A stretch of 64,000 nt of DNA from contig CBDHGK010000005.1 of NCBI GenBank assembly GCA_965263045.1, positions 13,377 through 77,376 on the forward strand. Reading direction: 5' to 3'. The notes under the pieces were generated by a model, which was not told the DNA's origin, searched no databases, and saw nothing but the letters and a program-made list of their open reading frames with translations. Numbering within the stretch: the stretch's first letter is position 1; every line of letters starts with the position of its first letter. Origin of the DNA: Terriglobia bacterium. Its GTDB lineage: Bacteria; Acidobacteriota; Terriglobia; 20CM-2-55-15. Below, piece after piece: positions 20,432-30,624 of the stretch. The position numbers and the translations under genes are program-made.

Positions 20432-21934
20432 TTACGGCTCGCAGTCCTGGTAGTCCGAGGCCATGCACGTCCGCGCCAGCTCCGTCGCACGGCTGATCTC
20501 GGCGCGGGTCATGTCACGTTCCAAATTGTCCCGCGACGTCCTGGCGGTTTCGTCTCCATTTGCACCAGCGATGTTGAACCACATGTGCGCTAGCACGGGA
20601 TCCTGGAGGACGCCGTCGGAGTACATGACACCGAGGTTGTGCTGCGCACGGGCGTTTCCCTGGTCGGCGGCAAGTCGATACCAGCGTACAGCTTCAGCGG
20701 CGTCCTTGAGAACGCCCACGCCGTTGGAGTAACTGACACCGAGGTTGTGCTGCGCACGGGCGTTTCCCTGGTCGGCGGCAAGTCGATACCAGCGTACAGC
20801 TTCAGCGGCGTCCTTGAGAACGCCCTCGCCGTTGGAGTAACTGACACCGAGGTTGTGCTGCGCACGGGCGTTTCCCTGGTCGGCGGCAAGTCGCATCCAG
20901 CGCACGGCTTCGGCATCGTTCTTGAGGACACCCTCGCCGTTGGAGTAACTGACACCGAGGTTGTACTGCGCGTCGGCGTTTCCCTGGTCGGCAGCAAGTC
21001 GCATCCAGCGCACGGCTTCGGCATCGTCCTGGAGAACGCCCTCGCCGTTGGAGTAACTGACACCGAGGTTGAACTGCGCGTTGGCATTTCCCTGGTCGGC
21101 GGCAAGCCGGTACCAGCGCACGGCTTCGGCATCGTCCTCGAGGATGCCTTCACCGTTGGAGTACATGCGCCCGAGGTTGTGCTGCGCACCGGCGTTTCCC
21201 TGGTCGGCGGCAAGCCGGTACCAGCGCACGGCTTCGGCATCGTCCTGGAGAACGCCCCGCCCGATGTCATACATGAACCCGAGGCTGGACTGCGCACGGG
21301 CGTCGCCCTGGTCGGCGGCAAGCCGGTACCAGCGCACGGCCTCGGCGGCTTCCCGCGGGACGCCGCCGCCGTTCTCGTACATGACCCCGAGAAGCCACTG
21401 CGCATCGACGTGGCCCTGCTCGGCCGCCAGCTGATACCAACGCACGGCTTCGGCAGCGTCTTGCGGTACGCCCTCCCCGTTGACGTACATGACCCCGAGG
21501 TTGAATTGAGCATCGGCGTCACCCTGTTCGGCGTCGGTCAGGAGACTGGGGCCCCTGAACGGGTTCCCTGATCGCGGGCTTTGCCCGGTGGCCGGAGGAA
21601 GCGCCTCGCGTAGCGCAGGTTCGGCGACGTTATCTGTGGCACGTTGAGACCCACTGGGACGCATGCGCCCAAGGAAGTCCTCCGCCTGGATGTGACCTTG
21701 GTCGGCAGCTAGGCGTAACCAGCGTGCAGCCTCCGCACGATCCTGGGGAACGCCAGTCCCCGTGGCGTACCGGTAGCCGAGGCTGTACTGCGCATCGGCG
21801 TCACCCTGCTCGGCGAGGCGGCGGATTTCAGTGATCTGGTCCGGGTCCTGCCCGAGCGCCCAAGGGGCGATTAGCGTCAACACCAGCACGGAGACGGTAA
21901 GTGTCGTAAGTATGCTTGTGGGCCGCCGTTCCAT
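20432..21934 (-). CDS. Secreted Sel1-like repeat protein (about 11 repeats), paralogue of 17896
   Basis: Same MERRPT signal and same ELARTCMASDYQDCEP C-terminus; 108-bp tandem units. Confidence 0.95.
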   Translation of the reverse strand: MERRPTSILTTLTVSVLVLTLIAPWALGQDPDQITEIRRLAEQGDADAQYSLGYRYATGTGVPQDRAEAARWLRLAADQGHIQAEDFLGRMRPSGSQRATDNVAEPALREALPPATGQSPRSGNPFRGPSLLTDAEQGDADAQFNLGVMYVNGEGVPQDAAEAVRWYQLAAEQGHVDAQWLLGVMYENGGGVPREAAEAVRWYRLAADQGDARAQSSLGFMYDIGRGVLQDDAEAVRWYRLAADQGNAGAQHNLGRMYSNGEGILEDDAEAVRWYRLAADQGNANAQFNLGVSYSNGEGVLQDDAEAVRWMRLAADQGNADAQYNLGVSYSNGEGVLKNDAEAVRWMRLAADQGNARAQHNLGVSYSNGEGVLKDAAEAVRWYRLAADQGNARAQHNLGVSYSNGVGVLKDAAEAVRWYRLAADQGNARAQHNLGVMYSDGVLQDPVLAHMWFNIAGANGDETARTSRDNLERDMTRAEISRATELARTCMASDYQDCEP

Positions 21935-21949
21935 TTCACCCTCCGCTAT

Positions 21950-22714
21950 TCAATCGCACTTCTCGGTGGTTAACTGTTCCAACGCGGCAGTTTCTTCGGA
22001 TCGAAGATTTAGATCGTATCGGTCGGCCACACGGTCGAACCGCAACAGGTATTCGCAAGCGAATGCCTCGGAGGGCGGTAGCCATTCGAGGGGCCCCGCC
22101 GCACCCTTCGAGCGATTCGCCATTGCCCCAACCGTCAAGAGATTCGCCGAATCATTGGCGAAGCGCCGTTGCGTATCCGCTTCCCATCGATTCGCTCCTC
22201 GTTCCCATGCGTAGAAGAGCGGAACCACATGGTCGATTTCAATCTCCGTGGCAGAAACATGGATGTTCCCGGTGTAGGGATCCAGCCAGCGGCCACGGAG
22301 AACTTGGCAGCCGTCTTCGGAAAGTTCGACCGGAGCGGCGGATCGTGCCATGAGGCGCTCGTGCCGCGTGTTCTGACAGTCTCCATCCTCGTCGCCCCAC
22401 CCTCCGAACACGCTCCGGTCATAACGGTCCGGTACCCGTATTGATGCGGAATCACCGGAAGAAGATGCCATTGGGCAGTCCCCTTGACCGCGCTGCGGCT
22501 CGCGGCCACCGCTGTCCAAGCAGGCGTCTATGGTCTCGAATTCCGTGAAGTTGGTCGTGCGCTCGTAAAACTGTCCGCCTGGACAATGGCAAATGCCCGA
22601 TGACGACTTCTTGACTCCTTGCGCCGTCGCGTCACCCGGAACGCCAATCGTGACCGCGAGAACGCCTGCCAGCACCCACAATGATCCCAACCCCTTGGTC
22701 TTTGTCTTCAACAT
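21950..22714 (-). CDS. Secreted HNH nuclease (DUF1524-like) with small Cys-rich N-domain
   Basis: Signal peptide from ATG at 22714; VKKSSSGICHC..C..C; IEIDHVVPL, ANLLTV and NRSKG motifs. Confidence 0.85.
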   Translation of the reverse strand: MLKTKTKGLGSLWVLAGVLAVTIGVPGDATAQGVKKSSSGICHCPGGQFYERTTNFTEFETIDACLDSGGREPQRGQGDCPMASSSGDSASIRVPDRYDRSVFGGWGDEDGDCQNTRHERLMARSAAPVELSEDGCQVLRGRWLDPYTGNIHVSATEIEIDHVVPLFYAWERGANRWEADTQRRFANDSANLLTVGAMANRSKGAAGPLEWLPPSEAFACEYLLRFDRVADRYDLNLRSEETAALEQLTTEKCD

Positions 22715-22760
22715 CCCATTTCTAATCCTCATTCCAAGCTTCGGAAATGAGGTTTGACCC

Positions 22761-23178
22761 TTATTCAAACCGGGCGTCGTTGAGCTTCCAGCAAGCATCG
22801 GTTCCTCTGAGACGCTTGTTATCTTTAGCGTAGTCGAAGGGCAGTTTGCCATCCTTGTCCCGCGCCGCAGGGTGCGCACCTGCCTCTAGCAGCGCCATCA
22901 CAACTTCGGCACACCCGACCATCGCCGTCCAATGCAGCGGGGTGAGGCCATCTTCGTCCCGCGCGTCCACGTCAGCGCGCGCTTCTACCAGAGCCGTCAC
23001 GGCTTCGGCCGTCCCGAACTGCGTCGCCCAATGCAGCGGGTTCAGGCCATTTTCGCCTCGTGCTTCAAGGTCCGCACCCAACTGCAAACAACGAGTCACG
23101 TCAGGCACCTCTGCGGCTTCGAAGAAAGCTACTGTGTTCCAGTCCGCGCAATCGACTTGCTCATGGGCCGGGACTGTA
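22761..23178 (-). pseudogene. Ankyrin-repeat protein, 5'-truncated
   Basis: GLNPLHWA, GLTPLHW and GKLPFDYA ankyrin repeats; native start replaced by IS-derived DNA. Confidence 0.85.
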
Positions 23179-23213
23179 GAGTTATTGTCAAAAGTGGTGT
23201 TTGACAATAACTC
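23179..23213. mobile_element. 35-bp fold-back of the IS256 right end
   Basis: GAGTTATTGTCAAA-AGTGGTG-TTTGACAATAACTC. The first 27 nt equal the reverse complement of 25101-25127. Confidence 0.8.
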
Positions 23214-23270
23214 CCGGTTGAACCGTTCGATGTAAGCGTTCTGATTCGGTTCGCCGGGCTCGATGTAGCT
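23214..23270 (-). mobile_element. IS3-family integrase-core remnant
   Basis: YIEPGEPNQNAYIERFNR motif. Confidence 0.7.
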
Positions 23271-23281
23271 GTCGGGCAGAG

Positions 23282-23566
23282 TCAGGCTTTCCGCTTGGAG
23301 TTCGAATTCCAACCGATGAAAAATTTGTCTATAAGAGTTTCAAGAACCTTCCCCACGCTGGTTGGTTCATACCTCTCATCGAAGCCACGCTCCTGCAGCG
23401 CATCGCCACAGTGGTCACGGATCTCGTCTGCATCGTCAGTCCCTATCTGAAGAATCCATCGGTCGCCCATCGGTGTGGAAGCGCAAATTAAGCCCGCAAT
23501 TTGAGCAGGCAATCGCACATCCGAAATCAAGACTTCACGCTCTTCTGTCGTCAGGGAGATTCTCAT
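23282..23566 (-). CDS. Small hypothetical protein, 94 aa
   Basis: ATG start and plausible composition. Confidence 0.55.
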   Translation of the reverse strand: MRISLTTEEREVLISDVRLPAQIAGLICASTPMGDRWILQIGTDDADEIRDHCGDALQERGFDERYEPTSVGKVLETLIDKFFIGWNSNSKRKA

Positions 23567-23743
23567 TGACCTTGTTGTTTGCCCAGCCGCTCAGCCTTCT
23601 TGGTTGACGTCAGATTGACTGAAATCACTCGCTTGGTCTGCGGGCTCACTACCAGATCCGCTTCCCGACTAACGAATCGTTGACTTGGACGCCCTAGTTG
23701 ATCAATTTTAACCGGTCCCTTCACCAAAGGATTTCTAATAGGA

Positions 23744-25127
23744 GAGTTATAACCGAATCTGGTGTTTGAGGGATTGAAGAAAAGCGGCGTATCTGGTTGA
23801 TTTGTTGTTTACGAGACATCAAAGCAACCATAGGAGATACGCCACTGTGAGCAAGAGTAACGTGATTGGACCGGAAGGTCGAGAAACGATTGACGATCCG
23901 GTAACAGAGCTACTACGAGTCGGGGCACAGCAACTGATCCAACGCGCGGTGGAAGCCGAACTGGCAGAGCTGCTATCCCAGCACGGCGATCGGCGAACCG
24001 AGACGGGGAACGCCGGGGTGGTGCGCAACGGTTATCTGCCTGAACGTGAACTGCAGACCGGTCTGGGGCCGGTAACGGTCCAAATTCCGAAGGTCCGTGC
24101 CAAGACGGGTGAAGCAGTGACGTTCCGATCGGCCCTGGTACCACCCTACATTCGGAAGACGAGGTCGCTGGAAGCAGCGGTGCGCGGTTGTATTTGAAAG
24201 GCGTCTCGAGCGGCGAGATGGGTGACGCCCTAAGAGTTCTTGTCGGTCCTCAGGCGCAGGGCCTGTCGGCGAGCACGGTATCGCGCTTAAAACAGGTCTG
24301 GGCCGAGCAGTACCGCCACGGATGCGACCAGCGTTTGGACGCAGACCGTTGGGTCTATGTCTGGGCCGACGGTATCTACAGCGGACTGCGCGCTGAACAA
24401 ACCAAGTTGTGTGCATTGGTCGTGATCGGCGTGAATGAACGCGGAGAGAAACGTTTTCTGGCGATCGAAGACGGTGTCCGGGAATCGACACAGAGTTGGC
24501 GCGAGGTCTTGTTGAAGCTGAAGTCCCGTGGGATGAATATCCCGGAGTTGGCCATCGGTGACGGTGCGATGGGGTTCTGGGCCGCACTGGAGGAAATCTA
24601 TCCCGGGACACGCCAACAACGCTGCTGGATGCACAAGACCATGAACGTGTTGAACTGCCTACCCCAGTCGGCTCAGGCGAAAGCGAAACAGGCCTTGCAC
24701 GCGATCTGGAAGGCCGAGACAAAGGCAGACGCCGAGAAGGCATTCGACCTGTTCATTGAAACCTATGAACCGAAATATCCGAAAGCCACTCTCTGCCTCC
24801 AGAAAGACAGAGAAGAACTGCTGGCCTTTTACGACTTCCCGGCCAAGCACTGGCAGAGCCTCAGAACGACCAATCCCATTGAGTCGACCTTCGCGACCAT
24901 CCGCCACCGGACCAAGCGATCCAGGGGGTGCCTGACGCGCGACGGCATGCTGCACATGATGTTCAAACTGGGACAGTGCGCTCAGAAGAACTGGCGACGA
25001 TTACGAGGATTCGATGATCTGGCCAAGGTGATTACTGGAGTGAAATTCAACGATGGTATCGAGGTGACAAACGTCGATCAGGCCGCCGCTTGAGTCAATC
25101 GTCAAACACCACTTTTGACAATAACTC
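23744..25127 (+). mobile_element. IS256-family element, 1384 bp
   Basis: Imperfect IRs GAGTTATAACCGAATCTGGTGTTTGA / GAGTTATTGTCAAAAGTGGTGTTTGA; no target duplication seen. Confidence 0.9.
23847..25093 (+). pseudogene. IS256 transposase, frameshift near 24182
   Basis: VVRNGY..VPKVR in ORF1 and YLKGVS..WADG..QRCWMHK..LRTTNPIESTF in ORF2. About 1 nt is missing at EAAV/xLYLKG (mutation or sequencing error). Confidence 0.9.
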
Positions 25128-25221
25128 ATTCCGAAGAATGGGGAGCACCTCCATCTCCTCGCATTCTTTTGCCCGAGGACAGCATGGATGGAACTCCGGA
25201 AGTAACCCTATCGCCCGTGCG

Positions 25222-25578
25222 TTATAGATCGTCGGTCCTATTGAGCACCAATAACCGGGCCAATATAACGTGAGTCCAAAAGATCATTGCTAATCCCAAT
25301 GCCGGTATGGCGAATACATACCCCAAAAGCGGGTAGCCTATTGGAGCCCACTCTCGAAATGGCATGCCCTCATCCATCAGGTAGAAACCGACGAACGCGA
25401 GGATAAGTATCGCACTGCTGAACAAGGCACGCCTTGTCGACACCCGGATCTGGGCCCGACATTGGGCTACCATCCGTTTATGAAGAAGCTCCAATTCTTC
25501 TTCCGTTTTCGACAGGCCTTCATTTTCTTCAAGATAGCCTAGGCCCCGAAAGAATTTGAAATCGTCTTTTGGCTTCAT
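25222..25578 (-). CDS. Hypothetical membrane protein, 118 aa
   Basis: Two C-terminal hydrophobic segments; low GC. Confidence 0.55.
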   Translation of the reverse strand: MKPKDDFKFFRGLGYLEENEGLSKTEEELELLHKRMVAQCRAQIRVSTRRALFSSAILILAFVGFYLMDEGMPFREWAPIGYPLLGYVFAIPALGLAMIFWTHVILARLLVLNRTDDL

Positions 25579-25859
25579 GATTCACTCATATTACTGGCAG
25601 CGGTCCGCTATAGATCCGACTCCCTGATATGGTAACAGAAGTACATTCGACGAGCGGCCTTGCGGATCCCTCGCGCGGCGGCTCAGAAGAATCAACCGAC
25701 TGGAAACTGTCAAGATAGGTTTTAGGTACCCCTTCGATTGATGCGTTAACAGCACTTCCAATGACAGTATTGATTACGGCCCTGCTGGACTTGTTCCGGA
25801 CGAAGCGGCGGCGGGCCCGCATCCGGAAAGCGGCAGTGATGGCGATCACCGCTGGAACA

Positions 25860-26024
25860 ATCTCCAATTTAGCGCGTTTCTCCAATCCCAAAGGCGTGGC
25901 GGTGGACGGGGCGGGCAACCTCTATATCGCCCATACTTCGAACCACCTTATTCGCCGAGTGGATCCTGCGGGAACCATCACCACCTTCGCCGGAAACGGA
26001 CAGAGGCAATGGGATATGCGTTAA
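25860..26024 (+). pseudogene. Single NHL-repeat remnant
   Basis: FSNPKGVAVDGAGNLYIAHTSNHLIRRVDPAGTITTFAGNG; ends just before the MITE at 26029. Confidence 0.75.
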
Positions 26025-26028
26025 CCAA

Positions 26029-26149
26029 GGTACTGTCAAATTAACTGATTTCCTGGAGGTCCCACTAATTACCATGCCAACTGAGTCGCTGATTTTAGGT
26101 GCTAGCTAGAATTGATTTCGCGTCGAAAAAGAGTGAATCCCGGTTAACT
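26029..26149. mobile_element. Second IS6-type MITE copy, inverted, one end truncated
   Basis: GGTACTGTCAAATTAACTGATTTCCTGGAGGTCCCACT and AGAATTGATTTCGCGTCGAAAAAGAGTGAAT match the two halves of 16496-16626. Confidence 0.7.
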
Positions 26150-26296
26150 GCTCCCGCCCCCAGTTTCCCTCTTCGATCCTCTGGACATATCGTGATCCTC
26201 CTGTTCTGTAGTTTCTCAAATCACTCTCCAAAGAAATCGTGGGGCGGGGGAGTTCGAATCAGCCGCTGTCAAGCACGGCCGCTTAATGAACGGGTC

Positions 26297-26643
26297 TCAC
26301 TTCGGTTCGACCTTCAGCGTCAGGCCGCGCGCCCCGACGACACGCACACGACTGGCTTTCGGGATCGGCCGATCCGATCCCCGGGTCTCGGCCCGCCAGA
26401 TCTCTCCCCTCACGCGGATGTAGCCAACCGGACGCAGCGGCTTCACAACGTGTCCCTCGGAGCCGACCAAGCGTTCCGCACCCATGCACCGACGAGTCCT
26501 CCGAGGGCCCATCCCGGCAAGCCAAGTCTGGAGCGGACAACAAGAAGGAAAATCCCAAGGAAGAGCCAACCAGGGATCTGGAGGATCAGGTACTTGATAA
26601 ACGTTCGGTTGGGCCGGATGTTCAAGTCTACTTGCACCGTTGG
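26297..26643 (-). pseudogene. NfeD-family membrane protein, frameshifted and cut by IS6
   Basis: TM segment in one frame; GAERLVGSEGHVVKPLRPVGYIRVRGEIWRA OB-fold in another. Confidence 0.7.
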
Positions 26644-27470
26644 GGTTCTGGTGCAGACAGGCAAGAGGATTGGCGATAATGGGTTATGGCGCATCGGAAA
26701 ACTGAACGGAATCCTCTATTTGCCGGACGTTGGTTCGAAGACGACATCATTCTCCTCTGCCTTCGCTGGTATTTTCGCTTCAAACTGAGTTACCGGGATC
26801 TGGTTGCGATTTTAGCTGAGCGGGGTTTATCGATTTCGCACACCACGATCTTGCGTTGGGTCATTCGCTATGCCGAAACCTGCGAAAAGCGCTGGCGCCG
26901 ATTCGAGCGACCGGTAGGTGGGAGTTGGCGGGTTGATGAAACGTTTATCAAGGTGCGGGGCCAGTGGATGTATCTGTACCGCGCCGTGGATGGACAAGGC
27001 AACACCGTGGAGTTCTATCTGAGTCGAACACGCGGCATTGCAGCGGCGAAGGCATTCTTTCGCAAGGCACTGAAGCATCATCGGGAGCCACACAGCATCA
27101 CCTTGGATGGTCACCAGCCGAGCCATAGCGCCCTGCGGCGCATGGGAATGCACGGTGAGTTCAACTTCCGGGGGCGGAACCCGGTGACGATCCGTTGCTG
27201 TCAGTATCTGAACAATGTTGTGGAGCAGGACCACCGACGGGTGAAGGGGCGCTTGCGCCCGATGTTGGGATTCAAGACGTTCTACAATGCGCGACGCGTG
27301 ATTACCGGCATCGAGCTGGCGCAGAAGATTCACAAACGCCAGTTCGCAATTCCGATCCCATGGCAGTCGAATCCCGCGGTGATCTGGCGTCACGTCATGG
27401 CAGCATAGTCCGCATCGCCCTAGCGCACTCCTGGTCTTATCGCTCCGACAATCCTGTCTGCACCAGAACC
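26644..27470 (+). mobile_element. Intact IS6-family element, 827 bp
   Basis: Perfect 18-bp IR GGTTCTGGTGCAGACAGG at both ends; flanks unrelated and no target duplication. Confidence 0.95.
26686..27408 (+). CDS. IS6-family DDE transposase
   Basis: WRVDETFIKVRG, YLYRAVD and YLNNVVEQDHRRVK motifs. Confidence 0.95.
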   Translation: MAHRKTERNPLFAGRWFEDDIILLCLRWYFRFKLSYRDLVAILAERGLSISHTTILRWVIRYAETCEKRWRRFERPVGGSWRVDETFIKVRGQWMYLYRAVDGQGNTVEFYLSRTRGIAAAKAFFRKALKHHREPHSITLDGHQPSHSALRRMGMHGEFNFRGRNPVTIRCCQYLNNVVEQDHRRVKGRLRPMLGFKTFYNARRVITGIELAQKIHKRQFAIPIPWQSNPAVIWRHVMAA

Positions 27471-28244
27471 GTCATCGCACTCTGGTTCCCCTGGGCGATG
27501 CTCAGCTTCTATAACACGCCCCTTCCCGGCTCGACCCTGTCGTTCACGGCCGCCATTACCGAAGGCGGCAACTGGCTCCAGGGCGTGTTAATTGCCAACA
27601 CCGGCGAGGATTATCTCGTGTCCTTTACACGGCTCTCCCAGAACTTCTTTGCCCGCGCCTCGTCCATGGAGCTGGGGTCTGGAAGCGGGATGCTCGACAT
27701 TGTCCTCAATGGCCTCACGAACCTGTCCTACCTGTTCATGGCCTTTCTCCACACCATCATCTTCGAGCTTTTTCTCCTGCGAATTGTCCTGTGTCTCATC
27801 GTGATCTATGCCGTTTCAATGGGACAGGTCATATGGGCGCAGCTCGCCCTGGGCGTCCTCTTGATCCTCGGGCCGCTCTTCATTCCCTTTCTCCTGGTCG
27901 AGCCCCTCGCGTTCCTGTTCTGGGGGTGGTTCAAGGGCATGTTCACCTACACCCTCTATGGCGCGATCGCGGCGGCGCTGATGCGGGTGTTCCTCGCGGC
28001 CAGCATGGGCTGGATCGAGGCCATTATCAATGGTCCCCCGCCCGGTAACAGCTTCTGGTGGCACAGCACGGCATGGTTCCTCAGCATCGTGCCCCTGGTG
28101 ACCGCGGGGCTCTTGTCCTCGCTCATGATCGGCACGCTGGCCTCACAAATAGTCTCCGGCGGCGGGGCGGGCGGCGGCATCATGGGCCTCGTCGGCCAGG
28201 CCGCCAGTGGGATTTCTAAAATCAAAACCGGAGGGGCGGTATAA
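27471..28244 (+). pseudogene. virB6: VirB6/TrbL type IV secretion protein, 5'-truncated by IS6
   Basis: Multi-TM, LILGPLFIPFLL..FLFWGW and Gly-rich tail; immediately upstream of virB8. Confidence 0.8.
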
Positions 28245-28249
28245 ACCTC

Positions 28250-28927
28250 ATGACACAACCCAAAGACAAAGAATCCGACACCGGCAAAGAGTACGCCGAG
28301 ATATGGGGCGAGACGATCCACTCGAACCGCCACCTGCGTGTGTTCTCCATCGTCCTCGGCCTGTTGCTCCTATGCGTCACCATCGCCGTGGTTCGGCTCT
28401 CTTCGGTCGAGCCGCCCCGACCGATTGTTGTTCGGGTGGATGAAGTCGGCCGTGCCGAAGCCCTGGCCTATGAGACGGTCGAGGCTCAGGCCGACCCGCG
28501 CGATCCCACCACCAAGTATTTCCTCAACCGCTTTCTCCATGACCACTTCGGTCGCCGCCGGGCGACGGCGCAGCAATACTGGCCGCGCAGCCTCCGTTTT
28601 CTCACCACCGATCTGGCCAATGCGGCCTTCACCGCCAGCAACGAGGAAATCGCCATGCTGGCCGCCGGGATCACCCTGGAAGAGCTGCGCGTGGAGAATG
28701 TCGTGCTTCGGATTCAGCCCAATCCCACCGAGCCGCACGGGGCGGTGGCCGACTTTGTCCTCGTCCGGACCCGGCAGGAGCGGGAAGTATCTCGGGAGGC
28801 ATGGACCGCCACGATGCAGTTTGTCTTCATGCCGGTCATACCGGCCGACCTGGTCGTCTTTAACCCGATGGGGATCCAGGTCACATACCTGGAAACAGAC
28901 AGAACACTTATCACCGAGACGCCATGA
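28250..28927 (+). CDS. virB8: VirB8/TrbF-family protein
   Basis: Single TM, PIVVRVDEVGRA, and C-terminal NPMGIQVTY. Confidence 0.85.
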   Translation: MTQPKDKESDTGKEYAEIWGETIHSNRHLRVFSIVLGLLLLCVTIAVVRLSSVEPPRPIVVRVDEVGRAEALAYETVEAQADPRDPTTKYFLNRFLHDHFGRRRATAQQYWPRSLRFLTTDLANAAFTASNEEIAMLAAGITLEELRVENVVLRIQPNPTEPHGAVADFVLVRTRQEREVSREAWTATMQFVFMPVIPADLVVFNPMGIQVTYLETDRTLITETP

Positions 28928-29892
28928 TTACTCATTTGCGAGAACGTGAAAAAAACCTGGAGCCGTTCGGGTGGAACCCGCAAGACGCCGAGTGGGTGGC
29001 CCTGGTCTGTCTCCACAGCGGTGTGTTCACACGCGCGCAATACATGGCCTATTGCAACGCGCACCCCGAACAGGCCCGGCGCTTCGTTCAGGGCCTCCTG
29101 GACCTGAAACTTGCCGTGGAAGAACCCATTCCCGTCATTCGCCGCGAGAACCGGACCCGTGCCTGCCGGATCACCCACAAGGGCATCTACCGGCAGCTGG
29201 GCGTTCCCAACATCCGCCACCGCAGGTTCCCCGATCCGGGGGCCTATCTCCGGCGGCTCCTGTCGCTCGATTACGTCATCGAGCACCCAGAGCTGGAATG
29301 GCTCCCGACCGAAGAGGAAAAGGTTTGGTACTGCGGAGACATCGGCATCCCAACCGAACAGATGCCGAAGCGGATTTACACCGGAGCGGCCGGGGCCGTC
29401 ACCCGGTATTTCCCCCTGAAGCTCCCCGTTGCCGGCGGCCCGACCTGCACGTTTGTCTATGTCGATCCCGGCAACGACACCTCCACGGAAATGCAGCATT
29501 GGGGCCGGGTGCACGAGCATCTTTGGGCCAGTATGCGGGAGCGCAATATCAAGATTCATGTGGCTGCAATCGGAGTCAACTCCGACGCCGACAAACGCGC
29601 GCGCGCCGTATTAGACGGATGGGCGCTGGAGGAAAAAAGAGTCGCGGACGGGAGCCCCCAGGAGGCGGCCTTCGAGAAGGAACGGGACACAATCTCCAGC
29701 GCCCTCGATACCTTCGATTCCAAGGTTCTCGCCCGCTTCGGAGGCTTTACGAAGGCCGGGCAGCGCTACCGGGAGTTGGGGGATATTCTGGCACGGCCCG
29801 CGCCTCATGACATCCGGATTGACACGTTCGAGATATGGCGTTCCGGGCGTATTTATCCGGAGGGTGTGCAGATCTACGAGACGCCATCATGA
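28924..29892 (+). CDS. Conserved conjugation-locus protein with predicted N-terminal winged helix
   Basis: ATGA overlap with virB8; LVCLHSGVFTRAQY..RRLLSLDYVI..LPTEEEKV. Confidence 0.75.
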   Translation: MITHLREREKNLEPFGWNPQDAEWVALVCLHSGVFTRAQYMAYCNAHPEQARRFVQGLLDLKLAVEEPIPVIRRENRTRACRITHKGIYRQLGVPNIRHRRFPDPGAYLRRLLSLDYVIEHPELEWLPTEEEKVWYCGDIGIPTEQMPKRIYTGAAGAVTRYFPLKLPVAGGPTCTFVYVDPGNDTSTEMQHWGRVHEHLWASMRERNIKIHVAAIGVNSDADKRARAVLDGWALEEKRVADGSPQEAAFEKERDTISSALDTFDSKVLARFGGFTKAGQRYRELGDILARPAPHDIRIDTFEIWRSGRIYPEGVQIYETPS

Positions 29893-29954
29893 CATCGAAT
29901 CTCGGGTATTTTTTCAAGGAATATACGGCAACAGCCATGAATCGAGCGAATGGG

Positions 29955-30545
29955 GCATTAATTCACAAGGCTAATTCACAGGGTCAATTCACAGTGCTGA
30001 TTCACACGGTTGTTGTCCCATATCCAGCGAAGTCACTTGGGGTTAGGCCATTTCAGGACGCAGTTCCAGAGCTGTTCCAGACGGGGGGTCCAGAACAGTT
30101 CCAGAGGGGGAGTCCAGAGCTGTTCCAGACAGGGTGGCCAGAGCTGTTCCAGAGGGGGTGCAGCGCCAGGGGCGCCCTTATTGAAAATCGGGCACCTGAT
30201 TCACACGCCCGATGCCGCTCCAGCGTGTGTATTGGCTCGGGGGTCTTAATTCACAGCGCTAATTCACAAGGCTAATTCACATGGTTAATTCACAGTGCTG
30301 ATTCACACAGTTGTTGTCCCATATCCCATGCATTCACTTGGGGTTAAGCCATTTCAGGACGCTGTTCCAGAGCTGTTCCAGACGGGGGGGCCGGAACAGT
30401 TCCAGAGGGGGAGTCCAGAGCTGTTCCAGACAGGGTGTCCAGAACAGTTCCGGAGAGGGGGTGCAGTGACGGGAGCGACCCCCCCTTTTTCGTGGGTTTA
30501 TCGTCACCGGACCCCCGTGCTGATTCACATCACGCGTGTCGGTGC
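29955..30545. repeat. Tandem duplication of about 301 bp, with nested 13-bp and 24-bp repeat arrays
   Basis: AATTCACAAGG at 29960 and 30261. Each unit has about four (A/G)ATTCACA at 13-bp spacing and about four CCAGA(G/A)C(T/A)GTTCCAGA-G-rich units at 24-bp spacing. Confidence 0.9.
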
Positions 30546-30624
30546 CGCCCTCCCCAAGGGGGGGGGGCGCTCCCGTCATAGTGATCCTTGCAGGAAGGCT
30601 TGAAGTCTGGAGACGTAAAGGCCG

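Noticed and set aside
24170-24200. Programmed frameshift in the IS256 transposase
   Set aside because: No slippery run, and IS256 transposases are single ORFs; a 1-nt loss explains it.
27195-27470. 349-aa VirB6 starting at 27195
   Set aside because: The first 92 codons are IS6 sequence read in another frame.
29955-30545. 24-bp repeats as a CRISPR array, or the overlapping ORFs as real genes
   Set aside because: The units are contiguous with no unique spacers, and the ORFs simply translate the repeats.
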